IMG/VR virus record: IMGVR_UViG_3300028833_000062 | From: an uncultured virus (IMG/VR IMGVR_UViG_3300028833_000062) | Taxonomy: Duplodnaviria > Heunggongvirae > Uroviricota > Caudoviricetes | Direction: 5' to 3' (one strand) | Length of the DNA stretch: 64,000 nucleotides | Part shown: piece by piece, positions 31,202-43,126 of the stretch | Position numbering within the stretch: position 1 is the stretch's first letter | Layout: each line of letters begins with the position of its first letter | Translations under genes and position numbers: made by a program | Notes under the pieces: model-generated | Told to the model about the DNA's origin: nothing | Seen by the model: only the letters and a program-made list of their open reading frames with translations | Databases searched by the model: none

Positions 31202-34200
31202 TTAATCTCCTGTTTGAACATCACCAGATGATTGTTCTTCAACCTTAACATATATTGTAATTTCTTTCTTTTTATATACACCGTCTTGGTCACCATCAAT
31301 TATAACATTTATTGGATATTTTTGATTTTGTGTATCATTTACACCAATAACACTTAATGAATATTTGCTTGATATATTTTGTGATGTATTAAGTTTAGTA
31401 AAATAATAAATATTAAAGAATTTATTATTCTTATCAAGATTTACTTGTTGATTAGAACCATCATCAGGAACATTAATAAACCATTTATTGTTCATATTTA
31501 ATGAATTTATTGAAACATTTAAATAATTATCTATAAATTCATTTTGAACTTTTATTGAAGTTAATCCATTATTTAATTCAATTTGTAAAGCATCTGATGA
31601 ATTAACATTTAATGTTTCAATGTTTTGTGTAGTACCACTACCAAATTCATTAGAAATAAAATGTATAGCCCATCTGTCTTGACCTCCTAATGATGTTGCT
31701 GAACCTGTATTAATAGTAGTAACACTATTATTTATTTTGTTTAATTTTTTAGGAGTAACAATATAATTAACTCTCTTTGGAGAATTTGTATCTATAGATT
31801 CATATAAATCAATATCTAATGTTTTCTTATTTATTTTAATATTAAATGTTGTACTGTTATTAATACTTCTTACATAATTTGAAGAATTACCAATATTACA
31901 TGTTAATGCTAAATATATAGAATCATTAGGAATAACATCATAACTATATATATTATTAATATCATCATATTGTGTCTGAGATAATAATTTATTTACAAAT
32001 AAAATTGATCCAGAAGATGCATTATTAAATTTACCTACTGTTCTACTTGAACTACCATTTGATATAAAATCTTTAGGAATAATTACACCATTTTCTGGTT
32101 TAAATAAGTAATTATTATTTTGTTTACCATTTTCTGAATTATAATTTATTGTATTATAATTATCCCCTTCATTATATATTTTTATGAATTCTTCATTAGT
32201 ATTTCTATTTTTTATAGCTACTTTAGTATCATCCCATCTTGATGAAATATCTTTATTATCAACACCATAGAAATCCCAGAAGATATTAGCATCTGTATTC
32301 TGTATTTCAATTTGAGAATCAATATCAAATAATCTATTTAAATAAATAGGAATTCTTGGAACTAATTTAAATGAATTTACAGTTTCTTCATTATTAGTAC
32401 CAATTGTTGTATAAGTAATATAATTTTCTAAATCACTTAATAATCTTAAATTAAATTGTTTTTGTCTACGTAAAACTTTTAAGAAATAATATGCTTTACA
32501 TGGACTATATGATATAGAACCAATACTACCTGATGAAGACTTAATCTTAAATACTAAATAATAGTAATCAGTATCAGCATTTACCCAATTATTATTAACT
32601 TCAAAAATACCATTTTTATCTGGATATATAGCTGTTGATTTATTAATATCATATACTTTGTTTTTATTAAATTGAGTTTTAAATAAAGTATTTTCTGTAA
32701 CAAATCCATTAACATTATTTACACTGAATTCAGTAGTATTTAAATCAGCATCTTCTGTAGGTTTAGTTCCATTTATAATATCATTTAAAACATTAATATC
32801 ATAATAATTTTCTAAAGTATCATTACAATAATAGAATGATTTATCTGGTTCTTGACCAATTTTTATTTTATTGTTTAATAAAATATCAAATTCTTTTTCT
32901 TCATCTACATGTAATTCACCATATCTTCCATCTGATTCTGATTCATAAATAGTAATATTTCTAGAACTTGTATCACTATTTATTACACCTAAATATTCTA
33001 CTTCATAATCACTGTCACAATATACTCTTACAAAGTCATCAAATATAAGATTTGGAACAGGACCAGGAGATACTTTATTACCACTTGGATATGATGCAAC
33101 AAGGTCTTCAAAAGTTATTGTTCTTATACAATAATTAATATTATTAGCAGCATTATTTTCAAAATAGTTTCCTGTTTCTCTATCATCTCTTACCCAATCT
33201 GAACCTCTATCTGTAACATTTCTAAAATCATAAGAATCATTAATTTTTCTATAAAGATTTATATTACTAGCTTCATCTTTAAGGAATATAATTCTATTTT
33301 GAACTTCTTTCTTTAATTTAATTTTAAAAGATATTATAGTAGGAGTTATTTGTCTTGATTGATTATCATCTTTATAATAGAATATACAATATAAATTAAA
33401 TTCTTTATCTGTATTTTGTGTTTGTACAGGAGGAATATAATAATATTTATTATTTTCACATACTATTTTACCATATTCAACTGTATTATATTCAACAAAA
33501 TCTCTACCATCCAATGTATATGTACCAGAATTTCCAATAAAGAAATAAGGATATATACCATATTCACTACCATATAATAAATCAAATGTAATTTCTTTTT
33601 TAGAAACTTCATCATTTAAATAATATGGCATTGATATTGCATTATCTCTAGTACCACTAAATGTTATATTATAAATTTTACCATATTCAATTGCATTTGA
33701 ATTATTTAACTTAGATGCAAATGTTTCACCATTGTTATTTATTATCTGAGTATTTCCAAATTTAAATTGAGTTATTGTATTATCAGATTTTTCTATAGTT
33801 AAATGTATATTAAATTCTGAACCAACAAAACTATCACCATTTTCATCAGAACCACCAGTATGATTAACTGTAAAATCAACAGATTTTTTAGCAGGATCAA
33901 AATTAGCAAGATTTTGAATATTTGATTTAATATCAGTATACCATGTTTCTAATGGTTTATAATTACCTGTACCAATAATATCCATATCAATTTTGAAGAA
34001 TTTCCACAATTCTCCATTATAATCTACTGGATCAACATTCAATTTTGAAATTGAATTTATAATAGCAGTATTTGCTGTAACAGATGAAGTTACTGACATT
34101 TCACCAGGGTTATTTGAAGCAATAACTGAATATAAATTATTACTTAATCCAGCATTATTATAATATGTATATACATTATCTAAAGATTTATTTAAATTAT

Positions 34201-34837
34201 ATGGTGTTCTGTCAATAGTAGGAGTTAATATTACTTTTGCTCTATTACCAGAATTTCTAAAATCAGCTTGATAAAAATTACCAAGAATACTTTTATCTTG
34301 ACCTTCTAAAAAGTCAATATTAGCAGCATTGTCAAAAGGATAAAGTAAATCTTCATAGATACATGCTCGTGCATTTCTTCTATCCCAGTGATCTGTATAG
34401 TAATCAATTGTAATAACTCTCCATGTTAAATAATTTAATAAATCAACAATATCAGTAGAATCTTTTATTGTACCATCTTTATACCATCTTGGTAATAAAT
34501 CTAATACATCAGTATTACCTTCTGGTGTTTCAGACATATCAGAAAGGTAATCATATTTACTATTAATCCAGTCAATAGTATTATTTATTTTATTTTCGCT
34601 TATTTCAGCATTTTTTACTTTATTTATATATTCACTAAATGAACCACTTGGTGTTTCACCAGCAGCATTCCATTTTCTGATTCTTGTTGCCCAAGGAATA
34701 TTAGTATTTTCCCAGTCAATATTTAAAGATTCTAAAAGTTTATAAGTATCGCTTGCTCCAGCGGTAATTAATCCATCTGGAACTTCTACACCATTTGTCC
34801 ACTTTTCGTTTTGATTATAATCTATTCTTTTACTCAT
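31202..34837 (-). CDS. large putative virion structural protein
   Basis: 1211 aa ORF in the late operon. Confidence 0.65.
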   Translation of the reverse strand: MSKRIDYNQNEKWTNGVEVPDGLITAGASDTYKLLESLNIDWENTNIPWATRIRKWNAAGETPSGSFSEYINKVKNAEISENKINNTIDWINSKYDYLSDMSETPEGNTDVLDLLPRWYKDGTIKDSTDIVDLLNYLTWRVITIDYYTDHWDRRNARACIYEDLLYPFDNAANIDFLEGQDKSILGNFYQADFRNSGNRAKVILTPTIDRTPYNLNKSLDNVYTYYNNAGLSNNLYSVIASNNPGEMSVTSSVTANTAIINSISKLNVDPVDYNGELWKFFKIDMDIIGTGNYKPLETWYTDIKSNIQNLANFDPAKKSVDFTVNHTGGSDENGDSFVGSEFNIHLTIEKSDNTITQFKFGNTQIINNNGETFASKLNNSNAIEYGKIYNITFSGTRDNAISMPYYLNDEVSKKEITFDLLYGSEYGIYPYFFIGNSGTYTLDGRDFVEYNTVEYGKIVCENNKYYYIPPVQTQNTDKEFNLYCIFYYKDDNQSRQITPTIISFKIKLKKEVQNRIIFLKDEASNINLYRKINDSYDFRNVTDRGSDWVRDDRETGNYFENNAANNINYCIRTITFEDLVASYPSGNKVSPGPVPNLIFDDFVRVYCDSDYEVEYLGVINSDTSSRNITIYESESDGRYGELHVDEEKEFDILLNNKIKIGQEPDKSFYYCNDTLENYYDINVLNDIINGTKPTEDADLNTTEFSVNNVNGFVTENTLFKTQFNKNKVYDINKSTAIYPDKNGIFEVNNNWVNADTDYYYLVFKIKSSSGSIGSISYSPCKAYYFLKVLRRQKQFNLRLLSDLENYITYTTIGTNNEETVNSFKLVPRIPIYLNRLFDIDSQIEIQNTDANIFWDFYGVDNKDISSRWDDTKVAIKNRNTNEEFIKIYNEGDNYNTINYNSENGKQNNNYLFKPENGVIIPKDFISNGSSSRTVGKFNNASSGSILFVNKLLSQTQYDDINNIYSYDVIPNDSIYLALTCNIGNSSNYVRSINNSTTFNIKINKKTLDIDLYESIDTNSPKRVNYIVTPKKLNKINNSVTTINTGSATSLGGQDRWAIHFISNEFGSGTTQNIETLNVNSSDALQIELNNGLTSIKVQNEFIDNYLNVSINSLNMNNKWFINVPDDGSNQQVNLDKNNKFFNIYYFTKLNTSQNISSKYSLSVIGVNDTQNQKYPINVIIDGDQDGVYKKKEITIYVKVEEQSSGDVQTGD

Positions 34838-34856
34838 ATGTTATTTAATAAATTAT

Positions 34857-35942
34857 TTACTTTATAATCCAAGTTAAATTACTTGTATAATATTTTGGAG
34901 ATTCATATACTTTATATAATATTCCATTATATTCAACTTCTTTTTCATATAAATTATATGAACTTAAAATGTTATTGAAATTACATCTAATGTCAGATGA
35001 TTTCAAAATAAATTTAGGATCTTCTAATACATAAGGAACAATAAAATAATGTTTTCTTATATTATTTGTTTCTCCTGTTGTTATTTCTGTTCCATTTTCA
35101 TCATAAAGAATATCTGTATTAAAATCAAATGTATAATTATTAATATCAAATAATTCTCCATAATCAGAGAAAATAGGATATTTAAATTTAATATCACAAA
35201 TTTTTAAATTTGTAATATATGTTTTATCTCTATCACATAAAAATATCTTTACAGGAACTTTATATGTTGGATAATTTAAATCTTTAATTACTTCAATATT
35301 TACAGGTATATTGATACTATGTTTCTTACCATCACAAACCATTTCAAAAGGTTCTAATTGAGACATATTAAAATCAACACTGTCATCAAAGAATATTTTA
35401 TAGTATGGTGAAACTGCTGAAAATAATGCTGAATATTCTATAATAATATATTTAATAGTTATTTTTGATAACATTGATGTTTCAAATATATCATTGCTTT
35501 TTATAGTTTCATTAGTAATTGTACCATTTAAATCTTTTTCAATTCTAATAGAAATATCACTTATATCAATCCAATGTTCTCCAAGTAAAACACCATTATT
35601 TATCATTATTTTATCATTATGAAAATATATAGAAGAATCTTGAAGTTCAGATATTTCTTCTGTTGGTGTTTCTTGTTGTTCTGGATTTACTATTAAATTT
35701 CCTTCTAATAATTTCTTTATATTATCATTTTTTAAAAGTTCTTCAACAGCATGTTTTGTTTCTAAAGTTTTTAAACCATAACCACTAGCAATATGAGTAT
35801 TACCAATATAAAGACTATTATTGTCATCATCAGTAACAACAACATTAATCTGTCCTGAATTTTCAGTATTAGCATTATTAATAGAATCGACTACTTGATA
35901 ATCGACTAATTTACCTTTAATTTCTTCTGACTTATTACTCAT
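34857..35942 (-). CDS. putative structural protein
   Basis: 361 aa ORF in the late operon. Confidence 0.65.
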   Translation of the reverse strand: MSNKSEEIKGKLVDYQVVDSINNANTENSGQINVVVTDDDNNSLYIGNTHIASGYGLKTLETKHAVEELLKNDNIKKLLEGNLIVNPEQQETPTEEISELQDSSIYFHNDKIMINNGVLLGEHWIDISDISIRIEKDLNGTITNETIKSNDIFETSMLSKITIKYIIIEYSALFSAVSPYYKIFFDDSVDFNMSQLEPFEMVCDGKKHSINIPVNIEVIKDLNYPTYKVPVKIFLCDRDKTYITNLKICDIKFKYPIFSDYGELFDINNYTFDFNTDILYDENGTEITTGETNNIRKHYFIVPYVLEDPKFILKSSDIRCNFNNILSSYNLYEKEVEYNGILYKVYESPKYYTSNLTWIIK

Positions 35943-35959
35943 TTTAATAATCTTTATAT

Positions 35960-38900
35960 TTATTCTTCAGTAGCTTCATCAACAAGTAATGTTGTTGAAT
36001 TTAATATACTTCCACTTGAAGTATAATCATAATTTGCTGTAATTTCAACCATATAATGTTGAGGTTCATTTATAAGAGAATCTCTTAAATCAAAGTAAAT
36101 ACCTTTAGTAATATTATTTACAGTTTCATTATCTAAATAATATTCAAATACAATAGGAACAGAAATTGATTTACCAACTTCTACTTCAACATATCCATTA
36201 TAATTACCATTAGTAAGTATTGTATTTCTACCAGTAATATCTGGATATAAGAAAGCTCCTATAAATATATTTGTTGCTGGATTTACACCATTTACAGTAT
36301 TATTTGCAATAAATTCAGATAATGATGATTCAGCATCTAACATTACTAATTTACCATCTAAATTAATACCAGCAATATCTTCAAAACGGTTAAGATAATT
36401 ATTAGCAAGTGTTTGTTCATAGATAAAGAATTCAATATCCTTTGAACTATATAATTCAAGATTTGATTTATCTGGATTGAATTTATCAGCTAATATATCA
36501 AATATACCATCACCTTTATAATCAAGACCAACCCAAGTTGATTCAATCATTTCTTTAATTTCTCCAGTATTTCTCTTTCTATATCCAAGAAGAGGAGAAT
36601 CAAAGTTTCTCTTCATATATGTATTAATTCCTTTAAAATCAAGTTTAGATATATTAGTTGTTATAGATTTATAATCTTGAAGATCTTGTGATTCATTATC
36701 ATAATATATCTTCTTTCCTGTATAAGGATTATCTTGACGGAAATAAATCCATTGACCAAGAGTCTGATAACTTAATGTATTATCAATAAATATTGGTACT
36801 CTTTCATAATGATAAATATATTGTTCATAGAATTCATTATTAGAAAGAAGAAGAGGAATATCTATATTTCCTGGGAATATTGAATATAATTTAATATTAC
36901 TGCTTCCTGTATTCTTAATAACAATATTCATATACTGTTTTACAAAAGCATCAGTAATATGATCATCATTATATATATTAATTTTATTTATTGCATTATT
37001 AAATAATTTAACATTCTTATCATTGAATGTTACATATACTTCATATTTCTTATTAAATTCTGAGTCTAATATTGTTTTTGTATTTTCAATGTCATTACTC
37101 ATTGTAGTAAGCTTATCTTTAAGAGAGATAAGATTATTATCTGAAGTATTGAAACCTGAATAAATATTTTCAGGCATATGGTAATAAACAACATTATTAG
37201 ACTTTAATGAATTGTTTACGTGATCTTGATAACCATCATTAATAAGTGTCTGACTAAATCTTGAATTTATTAAATCAGTATCATTTTCATTTAATATTGT
37301 GGAAAGTTGTAAATTGTCACTAAATTCATTAGGGAATACAACTGTCATTTCATCACTCCAAGGTGTATATAAATTAATAAATGGTTGACCAATATTATAT
37401 TTATATCTACATCTAAGTACTACATCTTCACCTTGAACAATAGGAATATCAATTTGATTCCATTTAATTATATTCTGTGTAGATGAATAATCAACAAAAT
37501 CAATAGTAAATCCAGATAAAGTTGAATTAAATACTAATTTTCTTTCTCTTTCAATATTATCTAATTTAATCCAATCTGTAAATACATTTGAATTTATATT
37601 AGTAATAGTTGTAGTTTCTTTTGTAGGAGATTTATATTTATATTCACATTCAAGACTTATAATCTGTATTTTATCACTTTCATTAGAATGTAACCATGTT
37701 TCAAGTTCATTTGTATTAGTTATACCTCTTACTCTATATTTAGTATCTTCTCTAGCAATTTGAATATCTTTACTGATTGCATTGATATTTTCAATTGTTG
37801 AATTTAATTGTTTTTGAATAGTTACTTTCTGTGCATAATATTTATCAAGTTTAGCCTTAAGAGCTTCTTGAGAAATTTGTACTTCTTGAGAGAAGTCTGT
37901 ATTTATAAGAGTTGAATAAACATTATTAATATTATCTTGAAGAGAAGATAACTGAGTATTCAATTCATTTTTCTGACTATGTAAATTTATAATATCTTCA
38001 GAAGTAGAATCATCAACAAGATGTTTATTAATAGGAAGAACTTGAAGAATACCATCTCCCATAAATGTTTCATTGACAAGAGTCTTAATTGTTGAATTAT
38101 CCTGGATTGATACAATAATATCATTTGTAAAATTACTTATCTGAGGATAAATTGTTTCTGAAATACCAATAAGAATATCACCAATATTTGTACAATATTT
38201 ATTATAATATTCTATATAATTCATATGATTACCTGTAGAATCAAGAATTGGATTACCATAAGTATCATACATTTTAATTGAACTTAAATCAATTAAATAT
38301 GGTGAAGAATATAAACTTCTTGTATTGTTATATACTAAACTTAAGAAAATACATATATATTGATTTTCTTCAAGAGGAACATTTACATAATGATATTTAT
38401 TATAATTAGAAACATAATATTGTAATTCCATGTTATTATTTTCTTTATATGTCTGAAGATTAACATGTCCTATAGTTTCTGATATTGATATTGTCATTTG
38501 TTTAATATCAACATTAGTAACTTTATAAATTACTGTTTCATTAGGTAAACATACACTATCTCCAACAGAAAGAGTAAATTCTGTACTTTCATCTTCTTGT
38601 GAATGATATTGAAGAGTATCTTTTATTTTAAGAACATAATGTCCACCATTATCATCTGAAATTATTTCATCAATTTTAAATGATGATATATATGCTTCAC
38701 TCTTTATAGGTAACTGTAATTCACTTTCATATTCTTCATAATCTATTCCTTTAGTATAATTATAAAGAGCTGCTACATATTCAGAATATGAATTTAAATT
38801 TAAGTTTCTTATCTGTGAGAATATATTATAATTTGAAAAGACTATCTTTTTCATATAGATCTTTTCAATATTATCAGGTAGATTATTTATATTTAATTTT

Positions 38901-39295
38901 AAAAATGTCTTAGGTGAAACTAAGTCTTTAAAAAAGTTATTGTCTGTAATAGATCCATGAACATTAGAAGTAGAAAATTCTGGTACAAGGGGTGCTGTAG
39001 AACTTTTTACAAGTTCTAATTTAGTCATACTGTCTTTAGTATTGAACCATGCTTCTCCAGAAGTTGGAATATTAAATAAATTATTAAAATTATTTTCTAG
39101 TGTTTCTAATTTACTTTCTAAATAAAATAATGATGGTATTGTCAATGTTTTTTCTTCATTATCCACAGTTACTGTAACAGCAACATTTGTTGATGTTGAA
39201 GATAAACTTTGATTCATAGCCTCAACCATACTAACTGCATTATTATACAATTTAGTAAGTTGAACATAATATTCTTTTAATGAATTATTTATCAT
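35960..39295 (-). CDS. large putative baseplate/structural protein with central coiled coil
   Basis: 1111 aa; heptad region around LHSQKNELNTQLSSLQ. Confidence 0.6.
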   Translation of the reverse strand: MINNSLKEYYVQLTKLYNNAVSMVEAMNQSLSSTSTNVAVTVTVDNEEKTLTIPSLFYLESKLETLENNFNNLFNIPTSGEAWFNTKDSMTKLELVKSSTAPLVPEFSTSNVHGSITDNNFFKDLVSPKTFLKLNINNLPDNIEKIYMKKIVFSNYNIFSQIRNLNLNSYSEYVAALYNYTKGIDYEEYESELQLPIKSEAYISSFKIDEIISDDNGGHYVLKIKDTLQYHSQEDESTEFTLSVGDSVCLPNETVIYKVTNVDIKQMTISISETIGHVNLQTYKENNNMELQYYVSNYNKYHYVNVPLEENQYICIFLSLVYNNTRSLYSSPYLIDLSSIKMYDTYGNPILDSTGNHMNYIEYYNKYCTNIGDILIGISETIYPQISNFTNDIIVSIQDNSTIKTLVNETFMGDGILQVLPINKHLVDDSTSEDIINLHSQKNELNTQLSSLQDNINNVYSTLINTDFSQEVQISQEALKAKLDKYYAQKVTIQKQLNSTIENINAISKDIQIAREDTKYRVRGITNTNELETWLHSNESDKIQIISLECEYKYKSPTKETTTITNINSNVFTDWIKLDNIERERKLVFNSTLSGFTIDFVDYSSTQNIIKWNQIDIPIVQGEDVVLRCRYKYNIGQPFINLYTPWSDEMTVVFPNEFSDNLQLSTILNENDTDLINSRFSQTLINDGYQDHVNNSLKSNNVVYYHMPENIYSGFNTSDNNLISLKDKLTTMSNDIENTKTILDSEFNKKYEVYVTFNDKNVKLFNNAINKINIYNDDHITDAFVKQYMNIVIKNTGSSNIKLYSIFPGNIDIPLLLSNNEFYEQYIYHYERVPIFIDNTLSYQTLGQWIYFRQDNPYTGKKIYYDNESQDLQDYKSITTNISKLDFKGINTYMKRNFDSPLLGYRKRNTGEIKEMIESTWVGLDYKGDGIFDILADKFNPDKSNLELYSSKDIEFFIYEQTLANNYLNRFEDIAGINLDGKLVMLDAESSLSEFIANNTVNGVNPATNIFIGAFLYPDITGRNTILTNGNYNGYVEVEVGKSISVPIVFEYYLDNETVNNITKGIYFDLRDSLINEPQHYMVEITANYDYTSSGSILNSTTLLVDEATEE

Positions 39296-39310
39296 ATCTC
39301 TATTACTATA

Positions 39311-40624
39311 TTATTTCCATTTATATACAAGTTCATTGAATAATGTATTTACTTTTTCTTCAATGATACTGTCTAAGTTATTTAATTTTTCTTTCATTTC
39401 TTCATTATCTTTCTTATAATCATCTAATTGTTGTTGTAATTTTTCAATATCTAAATTATTAGTTAAACTACTTACAATTTGTTCAAGTTTTGTAACTTTA
39501 GTATAAAGATTATTTATTTGATTAGATAATGTTGATTGACTAGATAATATTTTAGCATATGTTGCGAATGCTTGCTGATTATCTTTTGAAGTTATATCAT
39601 TATTCTGATATTTATTAGAATATGGGAATGGTTTAAATTGTGAAGAAATTACAAGACTCCAAGAAGGAGCATATTTAGAATTTTGATCTCTTTTTAATTC
39701 AATAACTTCATCACTGAACCAAATACCAAGTGGATTATTAATACTTCTTTTTTCTTTTTCAGAATAATCAATATCTGTTTTAAGAATTATCTCTCCGGTT
39801 TCTTCATCAAGAGTATAATTTTTTAATTCTATATTTTCTTCAAGAGTTGTATTTTCATCAACTTCATTGAAATTAGTTTGATAATTAATATCTGTTATAT
39901 CAAATAAAGGAATTATAACATTGAATTTAATATAATTTCTATCTTCATCAATTTCTTCTAATTCATATGTTGAATAAAGTTCATATTCATTTGATACATT
40001 TTCTTCATCAAGAGAATCTGGTTCAAAATTAGGTTTAAGATTTTTATATTCTGAATCCTCTAATTCTTCTGTTGACCAACCATATAAAATATTTAAATCT
40101 TTATCATATGGTTTTCTGTCACCAGAGTTTACTATCATTTTATATAGTTGTACAGAATTTGAATTTTGCTTATATCCTTCTCCAGAATCTATAATACATA
40201 TTGTATCTGTATATGTACCTTTAAAATCAAATTCAGTAACTTCTCCTAAAAAAGTTATTTGATAATTTTCATCAAATTTACTAATACATTTAAATAACCA
40301 TGCAAGAGAATTTACATCAGCTTCTATATCAAATTCAGAAAGATTATCTTGTAGTTTTTCTGTATAAAAATCTCTTAAGAAAGCAAGTTTGTTTTCATAA
40401 TATCTAACAAGATAATTTTTAATAAAGTCAGCTTTTACACTTTCTTTAGTTTCTCCTTCTGGTATTTCTTCTAATTTAGGCATATATAAACACAAAAATC
40501 TAGATGGATATACTTTCCAATCTGTTGAAAGGAAATTACCAGTAAGAGCTTCAGTAAAATTACTAAATGTTAAAAAATTACTGTCATCTGTTTTTGTATA
40601 AAATAAATTAGTTTTTCTTTGCAT
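39311..40624 (-). CDS. putative structural protein with C-terminal coiled coil
   Basis: Start at ATG 40624 (MQRKTN), 24 nt below TATTTTTA. Confidence 0.65.
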   Translation of the reverse strand: MQRKTNLFYTKTDDSNFLTFSNFTEALTGNFLSTDWKVYPSRFLCLYMPKLEEIPEGETKESVKADFIKNYLVRYYENKLAFLRDFYTEKLQDNLSEFDIEADVNSLAWLFKCISKFDENYQITFLGEVTEFDFKGTYTDTICIIDSGEGYKQNSNSVQLYKMIVNSGDRKPYDKDLNILYGWSTEELEDSEYKNLKPNFEPDSLDEENVSNEYELYSTYELEEIDEDRNYIKFNVIIPLFDITDINYQTNFNEVDENTTLEENIELKNYTLDEETGEIILKTDIDYSEKEKRSINNPLGIWFSDEVIELKRDQNSKYAPSWSLVISSQFKPFPYSNKYQNNDITSKDNQQAFATYAKILSSQSTLSNQINNLYTKVTKLEQIVSSLTNNLDIEKLQQQLDDYKKDNEEMKEKLNNLDSIIEEKVNTLFNELVYKWK

Positions 40625-40737
40625 ATATAATATCAATATTTCTATAATTAAAAATAATTTATTATAATAATTTTACATAGGTAAATGAATAAGAAATTTA
40701 AGATTTTCTATATTAATTTAAGATAAATGTTAATAAT

Positions 40738-41490
40738 ATGAATGATATTAAAAAACCTTTGGTATTTCCAGATATAGAAACAACGGGTCTTAATAAAGAA
40801 CAAGATTCAATTATTCAATTTGCAGCAATTAAGGTTGATCCTATAACTGATGCAATTATTGATTCTATTAATTTATATATTCGTCCAATTGGACCATATA
40901 CTATTACTATACAAGCATATCTTAAACATCATATTAAACCAGCAGATCTTCAAGATAAACCAACATTTCCTGAGGTTGCTGATAAAATTAGAGATTTTCT
41001 TGAAGGTTGTGATATTGTAACTTATAATGGAAATGGATTTGATTTACCTTTTTTGAAATATGAATTTATTAAAGCTGGTAAAGATTTTTCATTTTTAAAT
41101 ATAAATTGTTATGATGCTTATGTAGAAGAAAGACGTAGAAATGGTATAACTCTTGCTCAGACATTTAAAAGATATGCTGGTTGTACAATGGAAGAAGCTG
41201 GATTAAAACCTCATGATGCTTTTAGTGATGTAAAAGCAACTCATAAGATTTTTTCAGAACAACAAAAGATTCAAGAATATGGACCAGAGTCTGTATTAAC
41301 TGAAGACAATAGTATTATTTTAACTGAATTTAATAACAGAGAATTACCATGTTTTAATATTGGTAAATATAAAGGACTTCCTATTTCTTATATTTCAAAT
41401 GTTGATCAACAATATTTAAAATGGTGTATAAGTGATAATTGTAATTTTGTTCAATCAACTAAGAATTATATTAGTAAATATATTAAATAA
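40738..41490 (+). CDS. DEDDh 3'-5' exonuclease (DnaQ/PolIII epsilon-like)
   Basis: DIETTG, YNGNGFD, HDAFSD; C-terminal FNIGKYKG module as in Bacteroidota homologs. Confidence 0.9.
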   Translation: MNDIKKPLVFPDIETTGLNKEQDSIIQFAAIKVDPITDAIIDSINLYIRPIGPYTITIQAYLKHHIKPADLQDKPTFPEVADKIRDFLEGCDIVTYNGNGFDLPFLKYEFIKAGKDFSFLNINCYDAYVEERRRNGITLAQTFKRYAGCTMEEAGLKPHDAFSDVKATHKIFSEQQKIQEYGPESVLTEDNSIILTEFNNRELPCFNIGKYKGLPISYISNVDQQYLKWCISDNCNFVQSTKNYISKYIK

Positions 41491-41495
41491 ATAAT

Positions 41496-41717
41496 ATGAG
41501 TGAAAATATAGAAGATTTAGGAAGTTTAATTAAAGATGATGTAATTGATGTAAGTACTTTATTAAATTATTTTCTTGAAAGATTTAAACATTTATTATTA
41601 TTTTCTACAAGTGATAATTCAATACAGTCATTAGAAAGATTATCAAGAATAATTATTGCAACTAAAAAAGCACAATTAGCAAAAATACATGAAAAGGATA
41701 TAGAATCAAACCCTTAA
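41496..41717 (+). CDS. hypothetical protein
   Basis: 73 aa ORF in operon. Confidence 0.6.
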   Translation: MSENIEDLGSLIKDDVIDVSTLLNYFLERFKHLLLFSTSDNSIQSLERLSRIIIATKKAQLAKIHEKDIESNP

Positions 41718-41730
41718 AATTTAATTAATT

Positions 41731-42171
41731 ATGATATACAATAACATAGATAAACTTATTGCTGAGGCAATGAAAAATCATGACAATGTAAGATTGTCAA
41801 CACTTAGATTAATTAAGACAAAGTTCCTTGAATATAAGACAAGTAAGGGAGCTAAACCAATTGATGAAACTATTGAAATTTCAATTCTTAGAAAAATGGT
41901 TTCTGAAAGGACAGATTCTCTTGGTATATATCTTTCTGCTGGTAGAAATGAACTTGCAGAAAAGGAACAAAATGAAATAAATATTATTAAGGAATTCCTT
42001 CCTGTTGAAATTACTGAAGAACAAATTTCTCAAGCATTTAATTCTGTATTAAGTAAAGGTATTGAACCTATTAAAAAGAATATGGGTGTATTTATTAAAG
42101 AGATAAAGAATATTCTTCCTACAGCAGATGGTAAAACTGTTTCTACTTATGTACAAAAACATTTAAGTTAA
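41731..42171 (+). CDS. GatB/YqeY domain protein
   Basis: AMKNHDNVRLSTLR..AGRNELAEKEQNEI..FLP..MG..ADGK. Confidence 0.9.
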   Translation: MIYNNIDKLIAEAMKNHDNVRLSTLRLIKTKFLEYKTSKGAKPIDETIEISILRKMVSERTDSLGIYLSAGRNELAEKEQNEINIIKEFLPVEITEEQISQAFNSVLSKGIEPIKKNMGVFIKEIKNILPTADGKTVSTYVQKHLS

Positions 42172-42173
42172 TT

Positions 42174-42554
42174 ATGATATTTGATATTTATGATGATAAT
42201 AGATATTATCCATTAATTGATATTGAAAATTATTATAGATTTAATGAATATGATAATAAACATTATCAAACAATAAATACTACTATATGTCCAATGGGAT
42301 TTAGTAGATTTATATTAAAGAATAAAGAATATTTTGATAATAAAGATAATTTAAAAACATTTATTTCTTGGATAGATCATCTTAGAGATTTAGGATTTTT
42401 ACTTAATGAAATATGGAGAAATAATTCTGATTTTCCTATGAGAAATGATGATGAAGAATATTCATCTGAAGAAGCTAGATATGTTGAAGAAAAAATCCGA
42501 AAAGAAGTAGAAATATTTTGTTCATATTGGAATCTTAAAATCAATGAAGATTAA
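42174..42554 (+). CDS. hypothetical protein
   Basis: 126 aa ORF. Confidence 0.65.
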   Translation: MIFDIYDDNRYYPLIDIENYYRFNEYDNKHYQTINTTICPMGFSRFILKNKEYFDNKDNLKTFISWIDHLRDLGFLLNEIWRNNSDFPMRNDDEEYSSEEARYVEEKIRKEVEIFCSYWNLKINED

Positions 42555-42556
42555 TT

Positions 42557-42811
42557 ATGAGTGGAAAAACAATAACACAATCAATCAATACAGATACTAA
42601 TAAGAAAAAATATTTAACATTGGTATTTAGTTATAATGATTGTACAAAGAATAGTTATGATACTGTAAATAATTTTATAGCTCATATAATATCAGAAACT
42701 GATAAGTATAATCAGAATAAACCATATGTTAGTTCAACTAGATATAATATTGAAAGATTTTTTACTTCTGAAAATATAGACATTAAAGATAATGATATTA
42801 ATAGTTTATAA
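42557..42811 (+). CDS. hypothetical protein
   Basis: 84 aa ORF. Confidence 0.6.
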   Translation: MSGKTITQSINTDTNKKKYLTLVFSYNDCTKNSYDTVNNFIAHIISETDKYNQNKPYVSSTRYNIERFFTSENIDIKDNDINSL

Positions 42812-42841
42812 ATTATTTTTATAAAAAGATTAATTGATTAA

Positions 42842-43123
42842 ATGAAAAAATTAGTTGATTATATAAATGAATCAAAAGGAGATCCTATTGATGAACAATG
42901 GATAAATGATGAAAAACCAGTAATGACTAAAGATGGCCGTCAAGCTATTATTAAATCAATAGATATGGATGAGGTTCCTAATATAATTAAAGGAGCAGTT
43001 AAATGGAATGAAGATCTTCTTGATTATGAATGGTTAGATGATGGAACATGTAAGAAGGCTCTTGACCGTCTTGGAAATCCTAAGAAACCTGATGAAAGTG
43101 ATAACCTTGTAAAAGCAATTTAA
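42842..43123 (+). CDS. putative internal head protein
   Basis: MKKLVDYINE|S; TATTTTTA at 42814-42821. Confidence 0.55.
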   Translation: MKKLVDYINESKGDPIDEQWINDEKPVMTKDGRQAIIKSIDMDEVPNIIKGAVKWNEDLLDYEWLDDGTCKKALDRLGNPKKPDESDNLVKAI

Positions 43124-43126
43124 AAT